A stretch of DNA of 32,000 bases from Candidatus Electrothrix sp. GW3-4 (GTDB lineage Bacteria; Desulfobacterota; Desulfobulbia; Desulfobulbales; Desulfobulbaceae), in the NCBI RefSeq assembly GCF_037902255.1, contig NZ_CP147990.1:3210001-3242000 (forward strand), given 5' to 3'. Position numbers and translations under genes: made by a program. Positions 7,767 to 17,200 of this stretch are shown here, in pieces (positions within the stretch are counted from its first letter, which is position 1; the number at the start of each line of letters is the position of its first letter). A model generated the notes under the pieces. That model ran no database searches. It saw only the letters and a program-made list of their open reading frames with translations, and was not told where the DNA came from.

Positions 7767-10111
7767 TATTTCCGAATATCCCTATGGATTTTCTGGGTGC
7801 TCATGGCATAATTCTCCAGGACCTCATCCACCTCTGGCAGGACAGCATGCAGCTTGTCTGCCACAGAATCATCCTGTTTTTCTGCGGCCTCCAGGACCTC
7901 TGCAATGACCCGCAAAAACTTTTTTGCCTTGCCCGGATCTGTTTTAAAACAGATCTCACTGGCGTTTTCTATCTGCATCAGGGTATTGACCTGGGCCAGC
8001 CGCTTATCATCCAGGGCAGCGGCCAGGGCTGCGGATGCCCGCATCGTCTCCTCGTATGAGCCATTCTCGTCAACCTGACGCAGTTTTTCTATCCTACTCC
8101 GAAGCAGTTCCTGCATCCTGGGGTCAATCAGCACGCCGTAATCATCCAGCATACTTTCGGCGTAGTAGAGTTGGGTCAGGGGAGCCTCTTCATTGGCCGC
8201 AATCTTGATGGCCTTATGGATCTGGTTGCGGGCCTGTTCATATCGTGTTTCATCCACAGACTCGTCTTGCGGATCAACCACCCCATGAATAGATCCGATG
8301 AGGGATCGTGCCCGATTCTGCAAATCGATAATCGTATAGGTAGAATACTGTGCTTTATCAGCATCAGCAATTGCTTGTTCAAGCGCAAGAAAAAGTTTTT
8401 CATCGGCCTTGCCCCGGGACAGGGTTCGTGAGATAGCCACCTCAGGATGATTCAGGAGAGCTGCATTGACGGAGACGAGATTGTTTTCATCAATATTCAG
8501 GGTGATTTCTATCCGAGCAGGCATCTGTTTTTTTCGCGATGTCTTCTGCGATGTTTCCAGCTCCTCCTCTTTTCCTCTCTCTTTCTCCTGATCAATGCCC
8601 AGCCACAGATCCCCGATACCCTGCTCTCTCCTGTTAACCACATTATAAAACTTCATATGGACCAGTTCCTGCTCAGGATCAACCAGCTGAAAGACCTCTG
8701 TGCTGGAGCAGGGCAGCGGAGTATTTTTCTCCACCATCAAAAAACGCTGATCATTTTCCAGCTTGATATAATAATCATGGGCAGCAGCATGGACGATCTC
8801 CACTACCCCGTGTTCCACCGTATGCCCTTCCAGATCAAAGCCACAATGGGAACAGGCAGAGGCATTCTGGGCCGTATTCCTGGTACATTGAGGACATTCA
8901 ACGGTATCTGCAAGACGATGACTGAGAATAGCGGCCCCTTCCGCAATAGCGAGCATAGGGCGCTCATGGAGAAGAACTTTCCCCTGACCAAACTCCTCCT
9001 GCAAGACCTGAATAACGCAGGGGATACGGGAGCTCCCCCCGACGAGCAGTACATTATCGATCAGATCTTCGGTAAAATGAACATCAACAATCACGCCCCG
9101 AACCAGCTTCAGCATGGATCGCAACAAAGGAGTCATCATGCTCTCAAAGCGGATACGAGGCAGTTCCACCTCCACATCAAAGGGATCCCCATCTTTATCC
9201 TGCAAAACACCAAGAATTTCAATACAGGTCTCCTCCTGATCGCTCAGGGCTATCTTGGCCTTTTCCACAGCGGTCTTCAGCTCAGCAAGAAACTTATTCC
9301 GCCGGGCAGGCTTCTGCTGCTCAATCAGGGCACGGATATCCTCAACATCCTCTTCCCGTGCGGTCTCTTGCAGGACATAGTCTATCAGCAGCTGGTCAAT
9401 ATCCTCGCCACCCAGCCACATATCACCGCCCTTGCCCATCTCGATGATGCGGCCACCGCTGATAGTCAGGATGGAAAGATCCAGGGTTCCGCCACCAAAG
9501 TCAAAGACCAGCACGGTTCGCCCATCATCACCGGAGATCTTATCCACCCCAAAGGAGATCGCGGCGGCAGTGGGCTCGGGGAGAAGACGACGCACCTTGA
9601 GTCCTGCTAAGGCAGCTGCCGTCCTGGTCGCGTGTTTCTGCTTATCATTAAAATAGGCAGGTACTGTGATCACAGCAGCGTCCACCTCATCACCTAATGC
9701 GGCCTCGGCGTCTGCCTTCAGCTTGGCCAGGATCTTGGCTGAAATCTCCTCTGGGGTAAATTCCCTGCCATTAATCTGGAGAGCAAGACTATTGGCCGAG
9801 CCCCGGGAGTGGGTGGCAAGCTGATAATGCAGGCTCTGCTTCGTGATCAACTCCTGCACCTCTTGCTCATGAAAATTCCGACCGATGAGCCGCTTCACTG
9901 CGGTTATGGTATGCTCTGGTTCCTGGCGGATCCACTCCAGGGCATCACGGCCCACAATAAACTCCGGCCTGCGCATCAGGCGTTTCTTCACCATCACGCA
10001 GGAGGGGGTGATGTATTCGCCTTCTGCGTTCTTCAAGACCTCTGTGCTCACCTTTTTGACGGCAACAACAGAGTTGGTGGTTCCGAGATCTATACCTATT
10101 GATTTTTTCAT
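7766..10111 (-). CDS. Non-canonical Hsp70-family ATPase with an inserted zinc ribbon and a long helical C-terminal region
   Basis: GIDLGTTNSVVAV, DFGGGTLDLSIL and VLLVGGSSRIPCV are actin-fold Hsp70 NBD motifs. CPQC-x10-CSHC follows the NBD. I place the start at ATG 10111 (MKKSIGIDLG), because the tracked start at 10198 would overlap sdhB. Confidence 0.85.
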   Translation of the reverse strand: MKKSIGIDLGTTNSVVAVKKVSTEVLKNAEGEYITPSCVMVKKRLMRRPEFIVGRDALEWIRQEPEHTITAVKRLIGRNFHEQEVQELITKQSLHYQLATHSRGSANSLALQINGREFTPEEISAKILAKLKADAEAALGDEVDAAVITVPAYFNDKQKHATRTAAALAGLKVRRLLPEPTAAAISFGVDKISGDDGRTVLVFDFGGGTLDLSILTISGGRIIEMGKGGDMWLGGEDIDQLLIDYVLQETAREEDVEDIRALIEQQKPARRNKFLAELKTAVEKAKIALSDQEETCIEILGVLQDKDGDPFDVEVELPRIRFESMMTPLLRSMLKLVRGVIVDVHFTEDLIDNVLLVGGSSRIPCVIQVLQEEFGQGKVLLHERPMLAIAEGAAILSHRLADTVECPQCTRNTAQNASACSHCGFDLEGHTVEHGVVEIVHAAAHDYYIKLENDQRFLMVEKNTPLPCSSTEVFQLVDPEQELVHMKFYNVVNRREQGIGDLWLGIDQEKERGKEEELETSQKTSRKKQMPARIEITLNIDENNLVSVNAALLNHPEVAISRTLSRGKADEKLFLALEQAIADADKAQYSTYTIIDLQNRARSLIGSIHGVVDPQDESVDETRYEQARNQIHKAIKIAANEEAPLTQLYYAESMLDDYGVLIDPRMQELLRSRIEKLRQVDENGSYEETMRASAALAAALDDKRLAQVNTLMQIENASEICFKTDPGKAKKFLRVIAEVLEAAEKQDDSVADKLHAVLPEVDEVLENYAMSTQKIHRDIRK

Positions 10112-10172
10112 GAGTGTTTCTTCAACGCCTTGTCCAGAGGTTCCTGCCTGTTCTTCTTTCACTCCAGCCAGT

Positions 10173-10934
10173 TTACTCGCCAAACAAGGTCGCTGCAAGG
10201 TACTCTCGGTTCATTCGGGCAATATGGCGGATAGAAATCCCCTTAGGACAGACCTGCTCGCATTCCCGATGATTACTGCACGAACCAAAGCCCTCCTTGT
10301 CCATAGCCGCCACCATGGACAAGGCACGCTGCTTCCGTTCCGGCTGCCCTTGGGGCATAAGGGCCAGCTGAGAAATCTTGGCAGAGGTAAAAAGCATGGC
10401 TGCTGCATTAGGGCAGGCGGCAACGCAGGCACCGCAGCCGATACAGGCCGCTGCATCCATGGCCTGCTCAGCCTGGGGCTGACTCACCGGCACGGCATTG
10501 GCATCCGGGGCAGAACCGGTATTCATAGAGACAAAACCACCGGCCTGGATGATACGATCAAAGGCGGAGCGATCCACCATCAGGTCTTTCACCAAGGGAA
10601 AGGCCCTGGTGCGGAAGGGCTCAATACAGATCACCTGCCCGTCCTGAAAATGGCGCATGTGAAGCTGACAGAGCGTGGTTCCCTGCTCCGGCCCATGCGC
10701 GATGCCATCAACCACGGCTCCGCACATGCCGCAGATCCCTTCCCGGCAGTCATGGTCAAAGGCCACGGGCTCTTTTCCTTCTAGGGTCAGCTGCTCGTTC
10801 AGGACGTCCAGCATCTCCAGAAAGGACATATCCGTGCTGATCTCTTGCAGCGTGTAGGTTTCCAGGCTGCCTTCCGCTGTTTCGCTCGCCTGTCGCCAGA
10901 CCTTGACTGTAATGGATATCTTCTTTGCTGACAT
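10173..10934 (-). CDS. sdhB: Succinate dehydrogenase / fumarate reductase iron-sulfur subunit
   Basis: Cys clusters CREGICGMCG, CIGCGACVAACP and CSNHRECEQVCP match the 2Fe-2S, 4Fe-4S and 3Fe-4S ligands. ATG at 10934 is preferred; the tracked start at 10955 is TTG. Confidence 0.9.
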   Translation of the reverse strand: MSAKKISITVKVWRQASETAEGSLETYTLQEISTDMSFLEMLDVLNEQLTLEGKEPVAFDHDCREGICGMCGAVVDGIAHGPEQGTTLCQLHMRHFQDGQVICIEPFRTRAFPLVKDLMVDRSAFDRIIQAGGFVSMNTGSAPDANAVPVSQPQAEQAMDAAACIGCGACVAACPNAAAMLFTSAKISQLALMPQGQPERKQRALSMVAAMDKEGFGSCSNHRECEQVCPKGISIRHIARMNREYLAATLFGE

Positions 10935-11096
10935 TGCTTTTTTTTTTGTCTGCAATTATTCTTGGTCGTCCTGCTGTAGCTGCTCAATCATCTCTGGAGC
11001 AAGCCCGATAAACAATGGCAAGATTCGGAATGATGATCACAGGTTGCTCAAACTCTATTTATGACTCGCTGTGCAGATGGGATAGCCTACAATCGA

Positions 11097-11513
11097 TTAA
11101 GAAAAAATATCCTCAACCGCAACCTCAAGATCAATCACCGGGTCACTAAACCGCCCGCTTGAACAAGATAGGGGATGCTGAATATCCTGAAAAAGAACAA
11201 TGGTCTTGGTCGGCGGGATCACAAGCCAGCAGGATTTAACCCCAGCTTGCAAATACACTTCAAACTTCTCAGTGACTTCATTGACTGCCTGTTTCGGAGA
11301 CAGTATCTCGACCAACAGAAGGGGAGGTTTGTCCGCTTTAATTTTATCATGAAGAAAATCAATCTGTTCCTTTTTATACAAGGCAATATCAGGAATATAA
11401 TCAGTTCCATTGATGTCCAATGTCATTTCAATGTGCAGATTATATTTGTCGTCTTGATCCAAAACCTTGGCAATCCTATACGCAAGATAGGAATGATTAT
11501 ACGATGGGGTCAT
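11097..11513 (-). CDS. Uma2 (DUF820) family putative endonuclease, short form
   Basis: 138 aa. YIPDIALY ... PPLLLVEILSPKQ ... VKSCWLVIP follows the PD-(D/E)xK-like Uma2 pattern. A GAGAGGA ribosome-binding site lies 16 nt after the sdhA stop. The gene is visibly more AT-rich than the flanking sdh genes. Confidence 0.65.
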   Translation of the reverse strand: MTPSYNHSYLAYRIAKVLDQDDKYNLHIEMTLDINGTDYIPDIALYKKEQIDFLHDKIKADKPPLLLVEILSPKQAVNEVTEKFEVYLQAGVKSCWLVIPPTKTIVLFQDIQHPLSCSSGRFSDPVIDLEVAVEDIFS

Positions 11514-11529
11514 CCTGAATCCTCTCTGT

Positions 11530-13458
11530 TTATTTATAACTCCGCTGCGACGGCGTAACCGCCTCGAACTGCAACGGCTCCTGATGGAGAAAAGGCGGCT
11601 GCCCGGCCCCTCTATGCTCCCAAACCGTCACATGCGAATACTGCGCATCATCCCGCTTGGCCTCATGCTCCTCAGTCTGACTTTCCTCCCGCAGATGACA
11701 ACCGCAGGACTCTTTCCGCTCCAGGGCATCCATAACCATGACCTCAGCAAACTCCAGGAAATCCGCCACCCGTCCAGCGCGTTCCAGAGACTGGTTCAAC
11801 TCCTGTCCGGTCCCAGGCACATAAACATTGCTGTAAAATTCTTCGCGAATCGCCGGAATCTCAGCAAGAGCCTTGTTGAGCCCCTCTTCGTTCCGGGACA
11901 TCCCGCAATACTCCCAAAGCAGGGCACCGAGCTTGCGGTGATAATAATCCACCGGCTGAGTGCCAGATTTCTTCCAGTCCCGATGACGCAATAGCCGGGC
12001 AACCCGCGCCGTCACCTCCTCCTTTGTCTCGCTAAAAGCCACATCCTCCGCTGCCGGACGATCAGAGCCAGCCTTAGCCAGGTAATTCCCCAAGGTCACA
12101 GGCAGGATAAAATACCCGTCTGCCAAGCCCTGCATAAGGGCACTGGCCCCGAGCCGGTTGGCGCCGTGGTCGGAAAAATTGGCCTCACCAATGACGAATA
12201 AGCCGTCTAACGAGGATTGGAGCTGATAATCTACCCAAAGGCCACCCATGCTATAATGCACTGCCGGGTAGATCATCATCGGTTCCTTAGCCGGATCAGA
12301 TGCAGTAATGCGCTCGTACATCTGAAAGAGATTACCGTATTTCTTCAAGATGGTAGCCACACCATCCCGCTCAATGGCCTCAGCAAAATTCAGATAGACC
12401 GCCTGCCCGGTCTCGCCCACGCCCTGCCCTTGGTCGCAGACCTCCTTGGCATTACGCGAGGCCACATCCCGGGGCACCAGGTTACCAAAGGCCGGATATC
12501 TGCGTTCCAGATAATAATCGCGCTCTGCTTCTGGAATATCCGCCGGGCTACGACGGTCATCCCTATTTTTCGGCACCCAGACCCGCCCATCATTACGCAG
12601 ACTCTCGCTCATTAGGGTCAGCTTGGACTGATAATCACCATGCACAGGAATACAGGTCGGGTGAATCTGAACAAAGCAAGGATTGGCAAAACCAGCTCCC
12701 CGCCGGTGCGCCCGCCAGGCCGCCGTGACATTGCTGGCCATAGCATTGGTGGACAGGTAAAAGGCATTGCCGTAGCCACCCGTGGCCAAGACCACCGCAT
12801 TGGCCGAATACCGTTCCAGTTCACCGGTAAGCAGATTACGGACAATAATCCCCCGTGCCTGCCCATCAACGACAACCAGGTCCATCATCTCTCGTCGAGG
12901 ATAGATGGTGACCTTACCCGCAGCCACCTGCCGCATCAGGGCAGAATAGGCTCCGAGCAAGAGCTGCTGGCCGGTCTGACCACGGGCATAAAAGGTACGA
13001 GAGACCTGGGCTCCACCAAAGGAACGATTAGCCAGCGTGCCACCGTATTCCCTGGCAAAGGGTACGCCCTGGGCCGCACAATGATCAATGATGGCGTTGG
13101 AAATCTGGGCAAGACGATAGACATTGGCCTCGCGGGAACGAAAATCGCCGCCCTTGATGGTATCATAAAAAAGGCGGAAGACTGAATCGCTGTCGTTTTG
13201 GTAATTCTTGGCCGCGTTGATTCCGCCCTGGGCTGCAATGGAATGGGCGCGGCGGGGGCTGTCCTGAATACAGAACGACTTGACCTTATAGCCAAGTTCT
13301 CCCAAAGAGGCCGCTGCTGAGGCCCCGGCCAGGCCGGTACCCACGACAATGATTTCATATTTACGCCGGTTTGCCGGGCTGACCAATTTATTGCTGAAAC
13401 GGCAGGCGTCCCATTTTTCGTGCAAAGAACCAGGTGGGATATGGGGATGAAGATGCAT
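11530..13458 (-). CDS. sdhA: Succinate dehydrogenase / fumarate reductase flavoprotein subunit
   Basis: 642 aa. [12 protein letters not shown] is a FAD-binding Rossmann motif, [11 protein letters not shown] contains the His used for covalent FAD attachment, and the family C-terminal domain is present. Confidence 0.92.
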   Translation of the reverse strand: MHLHPHIPPGSLHEKWDACRFSNKLVSPANRRKYEIIVVGTGLAGASAAASLGELGYKVKSFCIQDSPRRAHSIAAQGGINAAKNYQNDSDSVFRLFYDTIKGGDFRSREANVYRLAQISNAIIDHCAAQGVPFAREYGGTLANRSFGGAQVSRTFYARGQTGQQLLLGAYSALMRQVAAGKVTIYPRREMMDLVVVDGQARGIIVRNLLTGELERYSANAVVLATGGYGNAFYLSTNAMASNVTAAWRAHRRGAGFANPCFVQIHPTCIPVHGDYQSKLTLMSESLRNDGRVWVPKNRDDRRSPADIPEAERDYYLERRYPAFGNLVPRDVASRNAKEVCDQGQGVGETGQAVYLNFAEAIERDGVATILKKYGNLFQMYERITASDPAKEPMMIYPAVHYSMGGLWVDYQLQSSLDGLFVIGEANFSDHGANRLGASALMQGLADGYFILPVTLGNYLAKAGSDRPAAEDVAFSETKEEVTARVARLLRHRDWKKSGTQPVDYYHRKLGALLWEYCGMSRNEEGLNKALAEIPAIREEFYSNVYVPGTGQELNQSLERAGRVADFLEFAEVMVMDALERKESCGCHLREESQTEEHEAKRDDAQYSHVTVWEHRGAGQPPFLHQEPLQFEAVTPSQRSYK

Positions 13459-13636
13459 GGGAATGCTCTCTAGTAAAAAGCGTAACGAAATTACCTCAAG
13501 AAGCCGCCTGTACAGGCATGCTCTGAAGAAAGGTGGAATAAATAAAGCAGAAGAGAGGGTATTTCCAGATTATCAGGAACAGACCAGTAAGGCTCTATCA
13601 CATTGACATATGATAAAAAGCAACTTGAGTCCTTCC

Positions 13637-14266
13637 CTACCATAGGGCCACAATAACTGCAAAAAAAACGAGACAGATGAGTACTGCTAACGCGCAGGCC
13701 CCAAGGCGGGTTACATTATGATACCGGGGATAATAAAGCCCCCAGGTCTGCAACAAGGACCAAAAGCCATGACTGGTGTGCAGAGTCAGGGCTGTGATGC
13801 CCAAAAGATACAACAGGGTATAGAGGGGGGTGGTCAGCGTCTGGTCCACGACATCCGCTATCGATCCAGAGTCTTCAACAAAGCGAACATTGCAAAGATG
13901 CAGCAGGAGAAAGGCAAGAATAATCAGTCCGGTCCACGGCATGGTTCGGGAGACCCAAGTGTCTCCTCCTGCGGAACTCGCTACAACATACCGACGACCA
14001 ATGGCCTTCCGATTCTTCAAAAAAAGGCTGATACCAAAAACGATATGAGTCAAAAAGATGATGAGCAGAAAAAATTCTACCGCAGGCACCAGCGGACCTA
14101 AGGAGTGTAACTGCTCCGCATAGGCGTTAAAGGCTGCCTTTCCCTGAAAGATAAAGCTGTTACCTACGGCGTGACTCAGCAGAAAGACACCAAGAAAAAA
14201 GCCGGTAAGGGCCATGGTATACTTTCTGCCAAGTGATGAGAGAGTCCCTTGCAGGAAATCGAACAT
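13637..14266 (-). CDS. sdhC: Succinate dehydrogenase / fumarate reductase cytochrome b subunit (single-subunit b558-type anchor)
   Basis: 209 aa with about five hydrophobic helices. N-terminal GRKYTMALTGFFLGVFLLSHAVGN and conserved His residues are present. It sits directly upstream of sdhA. Confidence 0.8.
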   Translation of the reverse strand: MFDFLQGTLSSLGRKYTMALTGFFLGVFLLSHAVGNSFIFQGKAAFNAYAEQLHSLGPLVPAVEFFLLIIFLTHIVFGISLFLKNRKAIGRRYVVASSAGGDTWVSRTMPWTGLIILAFLLLHLCNVRFVEDSGSIADVVDQTLTTPLYTLLYLLGITALTLHTSHGFWSLLQTWGLYYPRYHNVTRLGACALAVLICLVFFAVIVALW

Positions 14267-14275
14267 ACTATCGAC

Positions 14276-17200
14276 TTATCCTTTTTGCAGTTCTTTTCTC
14301 AGTTGGTTGAATTCCTCCATCATGGCCTCGCGAAGCTGAGAGAAGCCCTCCTTAACCTGATGAACCGCATCCTGACTACTGACACTAGGGGAAGAAACAG
14401 GTGCTGTAGGGGCCGCATGGTGAGCCATATCCTCCTCGTTGCGAGCTATGACCCAATGGAAAAACTCCTGCTGCCAAGCGGTGTAATGATGCACCAAGGC
14501 CGTGAGTTCAAACGGGTCATCAGCAGCAAGTTCAAGTCCAGCTGCCAGTTCTTGGACCACGACTTGATCTTCAGTCTCCAGCTCAGGCTTTTGCCCGATA
14601 AGAGCGGTTGCCGATTCCAGGAGATGGAGAATCACTGTCTGCTGTGGAGTTCCTCCGGCCCTTTTTTTGGCAGCAACGGCCAGCTCATGAACTTGCTGTA
14701 CATTATCAAGAGATGGATTCAATGCGATAGCGGCTGCCGCAGTCGAAAAAGACGCCGCATCAAAAAGCAGTTCAGCATCTTCAGCATCATCCGCTTCTAA
14801 GCCGTCTGTATCGTCCTCCTCTCCAAGATGTTCACCTTCTTCGTCGCTCTCTAAGAAAGAAACCGACTCCGTCTTCTGGGCTTTCTCAAATTCTCCAGCA
14901 ACGACATCTTCAGTCGACAAGAGCTCGCTCGCTCTCTGCTCCTCAGTGGTCTGTTGTTGCTCAAGCTCTTGATCAAGTAAAAGCTCACCGTCGTCCTCAT
15001 CCGGGACTGCTTCGGCGCTCGCCTCTGTGTCCGGGGTAATTGCAAAATGGCTTCCTAAAGCCACCTCAGCTTCCTGCTCATCAGTTTCCAACAGGTCCGC
15101 ATCAAGGTTCAGATCAACATCTTCATCTTCCGACCCTTCGCTGCTCAGGTCGCCTTCTTGGCCCTCTTCATCATCAAGTGTCAGAACAAGGTCTTCAGAG
15201 TCTTCCTCGACATCCTCTAAAGAGTCTGTCAAGAGAGAAGCATTTTCCTCATCAAGGGACAAGGCGAATTCGTCCTCGACATCACCCTCTTCGGCTACTT
15301 CAGCCTGCTCGGGCTCGCCAGCTGCCTCATCTTCCTCGGCAAAACCGAAGAAGCTTTCCTCTTCAGCTGCTTCTGAGGTCGACTCTGAAGCAACAGCACT
15401 GTCATCAGCATCAGCATCGCCAAAGGAAAAATCTGATAATTCGTCTTCACCTGAATCGTCATCATCAAGGGACAAGGCGAACTCATCTTCGACATCACTC
15501 TCGGCGGCTACTTCAGCCTGCTCGGGCTCGCCAGCTGCCTCATCTTCCTCGGCAAAACCGAAGAAGCTTTCCTCTTCAGCTGCTTCTGAGGTCGACTCTG
15601 AAGCAACAGCACTGTCATCAGCATCAGCATCGCCAAAGGAAAAATCCGATAATTCGTCTTCACCTGAATCGTCATCATCAAGGGACAAGGCGAACTCATC
15701 TTCGACATCACTCTCGGCGGCTACTTCAGCCTGCTCGGGCTCGCCAGCTGCCTCATCTTCCTCGGCAAAACCGAAGAAGCTTTCCTCTTCAGCTGCTTCT
15801 GAGGTCGACTCTGAAGCAACAGCACTGTCATCAGCATCAGCATCGCCAAAGGAAAAATCCGATAATTCGTCTTCACCTGAATCGTCATCATCAAGGGACA
15901 AGGCGAACTCATCTTCGACATCACTCTCGGCGGCTACTTCAGCCTGCTCGGGCTCGCCAGCTGCCTCATCTTCCTCGGCAAAACCGAAGAAGCTTTCCTC
16001 TTCAGCTGCTTCTGAGGTCGACTCTGAAGCAACAGCACTGTCATCAGCATCAGCATCGCCAAAGGAAAAATCCGATAATTCGTCTTCACCTGAATCGTCA
16101 TCATCAAGGGATAACGCGAATTCGTCCTCGACATCACCCTCTTCGGCTACTTCAGCCTGCTCGGGCTCGCCAGCTGCCTCATCTTCCTCGGCAAAACCGA
16201 AGAAGCTCTCCTCTTCAGCTGCTTCTGAGGTCGACTCTGAAGCAACAGCACTGTCATCAGCATCAGCATCGCCAAAGGAAAAATCCGATAATTCGTCTTC
16301 ACCTGAATCGTCATCATCAAGGGATAACGCGAATTCGTCCTCGACATCACCCTCTTCGGCTACTTCAGCCTGCTCGGGCTCGCCAGCTGCCTCATCTTCC
16401 TCGGCAAAACCGAAGAAGCTCTCCTCTTCAGCTGCTTCTGAGGTCGACTCTGAAGCAACAGCACTGTCATCAGCATCAGCATCGCCAAAGGAAAAATCCG
16501 ATAATTCGTCTTCACCTGAATCGTCATCATCAAGGGACAAGGCGAACTCATCTTCGACATCACTCTCGGCGGCTACTTCAGCCTGCTCGGGCTCGCCAGC
16601 TGCCTCATCTTCCTCGGCAAAACCGAAGAAGCTCTCCTCTTCAGCTGCTTCTGAGGTCGATTCTGAAGCAACAGCACTGTCATCAGCATCAGCATCGCCA
16701 AAGGAAAAATCCGATAATTCGTCTTCACCTGAATCGTCATCATCAAGGGACAAGGCGAACTCATCTTCGACATCACTCTCGGCGGCTACTTCAGCCTGCT
16801 CGGGCTCGCCAGCTGCCTCATCTTCCTCGGCAAAACCGAAGAAGCTTTCCTCTTCAGCTGCTTCTGAGGTCGATTCTGAAGCAACAGCACTGTCATCAGC
16901 ATCAGCATCGCCAAAGGAAAAATCCGATAATTCGTCTTCACCTGAATCGTCATCATCAAGGGACAAGGCGAACTCATCTTCGACATCACTCTCGGCGGCT
17001 ACTTCAGCCTGCTCGGGCTCGCCAGCTGCCTCATCTTCCTCGGCAAAACCGAAGAAGCTTTCCTCTTCAGCTGCTTCTGAGGTCGATTCTGAAGCAACAG
17101 CACTGTCATCAGCATCAGCATCGCCAAAGGAAAAATCTGATAATTCGTCTTCACCTGAATCGTCATCATCAAGGGACAAGGCAAATTCGTCATCAATCTC

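Noticed and set aside
10112-10198. N-terminal extensions of tracked ORFs (Hsp70 from 10198, LeuS from 26564, L9 from 28592, S18 from 29961)
   Set aside because: Family N-termini align with internal ATGs that have better ribosome-binding-site spacing. The Hsp70 extension would overlap the end of sdhB, and the L9 GTG lies within its own Shine-Dalgarno sequence.
8447-10784. Plus-strand ORFs of 387 aa (8447-9610) and 299 aa (9885-10784)
   Set aside because: They are antisense to the Hsp70 and sdhB genes, both of which have unmistakable family motifs. The translations show no recognisable motifs, and one of them crosses a gene boundary.
10935-10955. A10 homopolymer (T10 on the plus strand, 10938-10947) three nt upstream of the sdhB ATG, considered as a slippage or phase-variation site
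   Set aside because: It lies outside the preferred coding start and there is no evidence of frame disruption. It is more simply an A-rich leader without a Shine-Dalgarno sequence. It matters only if the TTG at 10955 is the true start.
15250-17194. Possible CRISPR array, given the regular repeat spacing
   Set aside because: There are no unique spacers, because the whole 213 bp unit repeats head to tail. The array lies in frame inside a long ORF, and no cas genes are present in the window.
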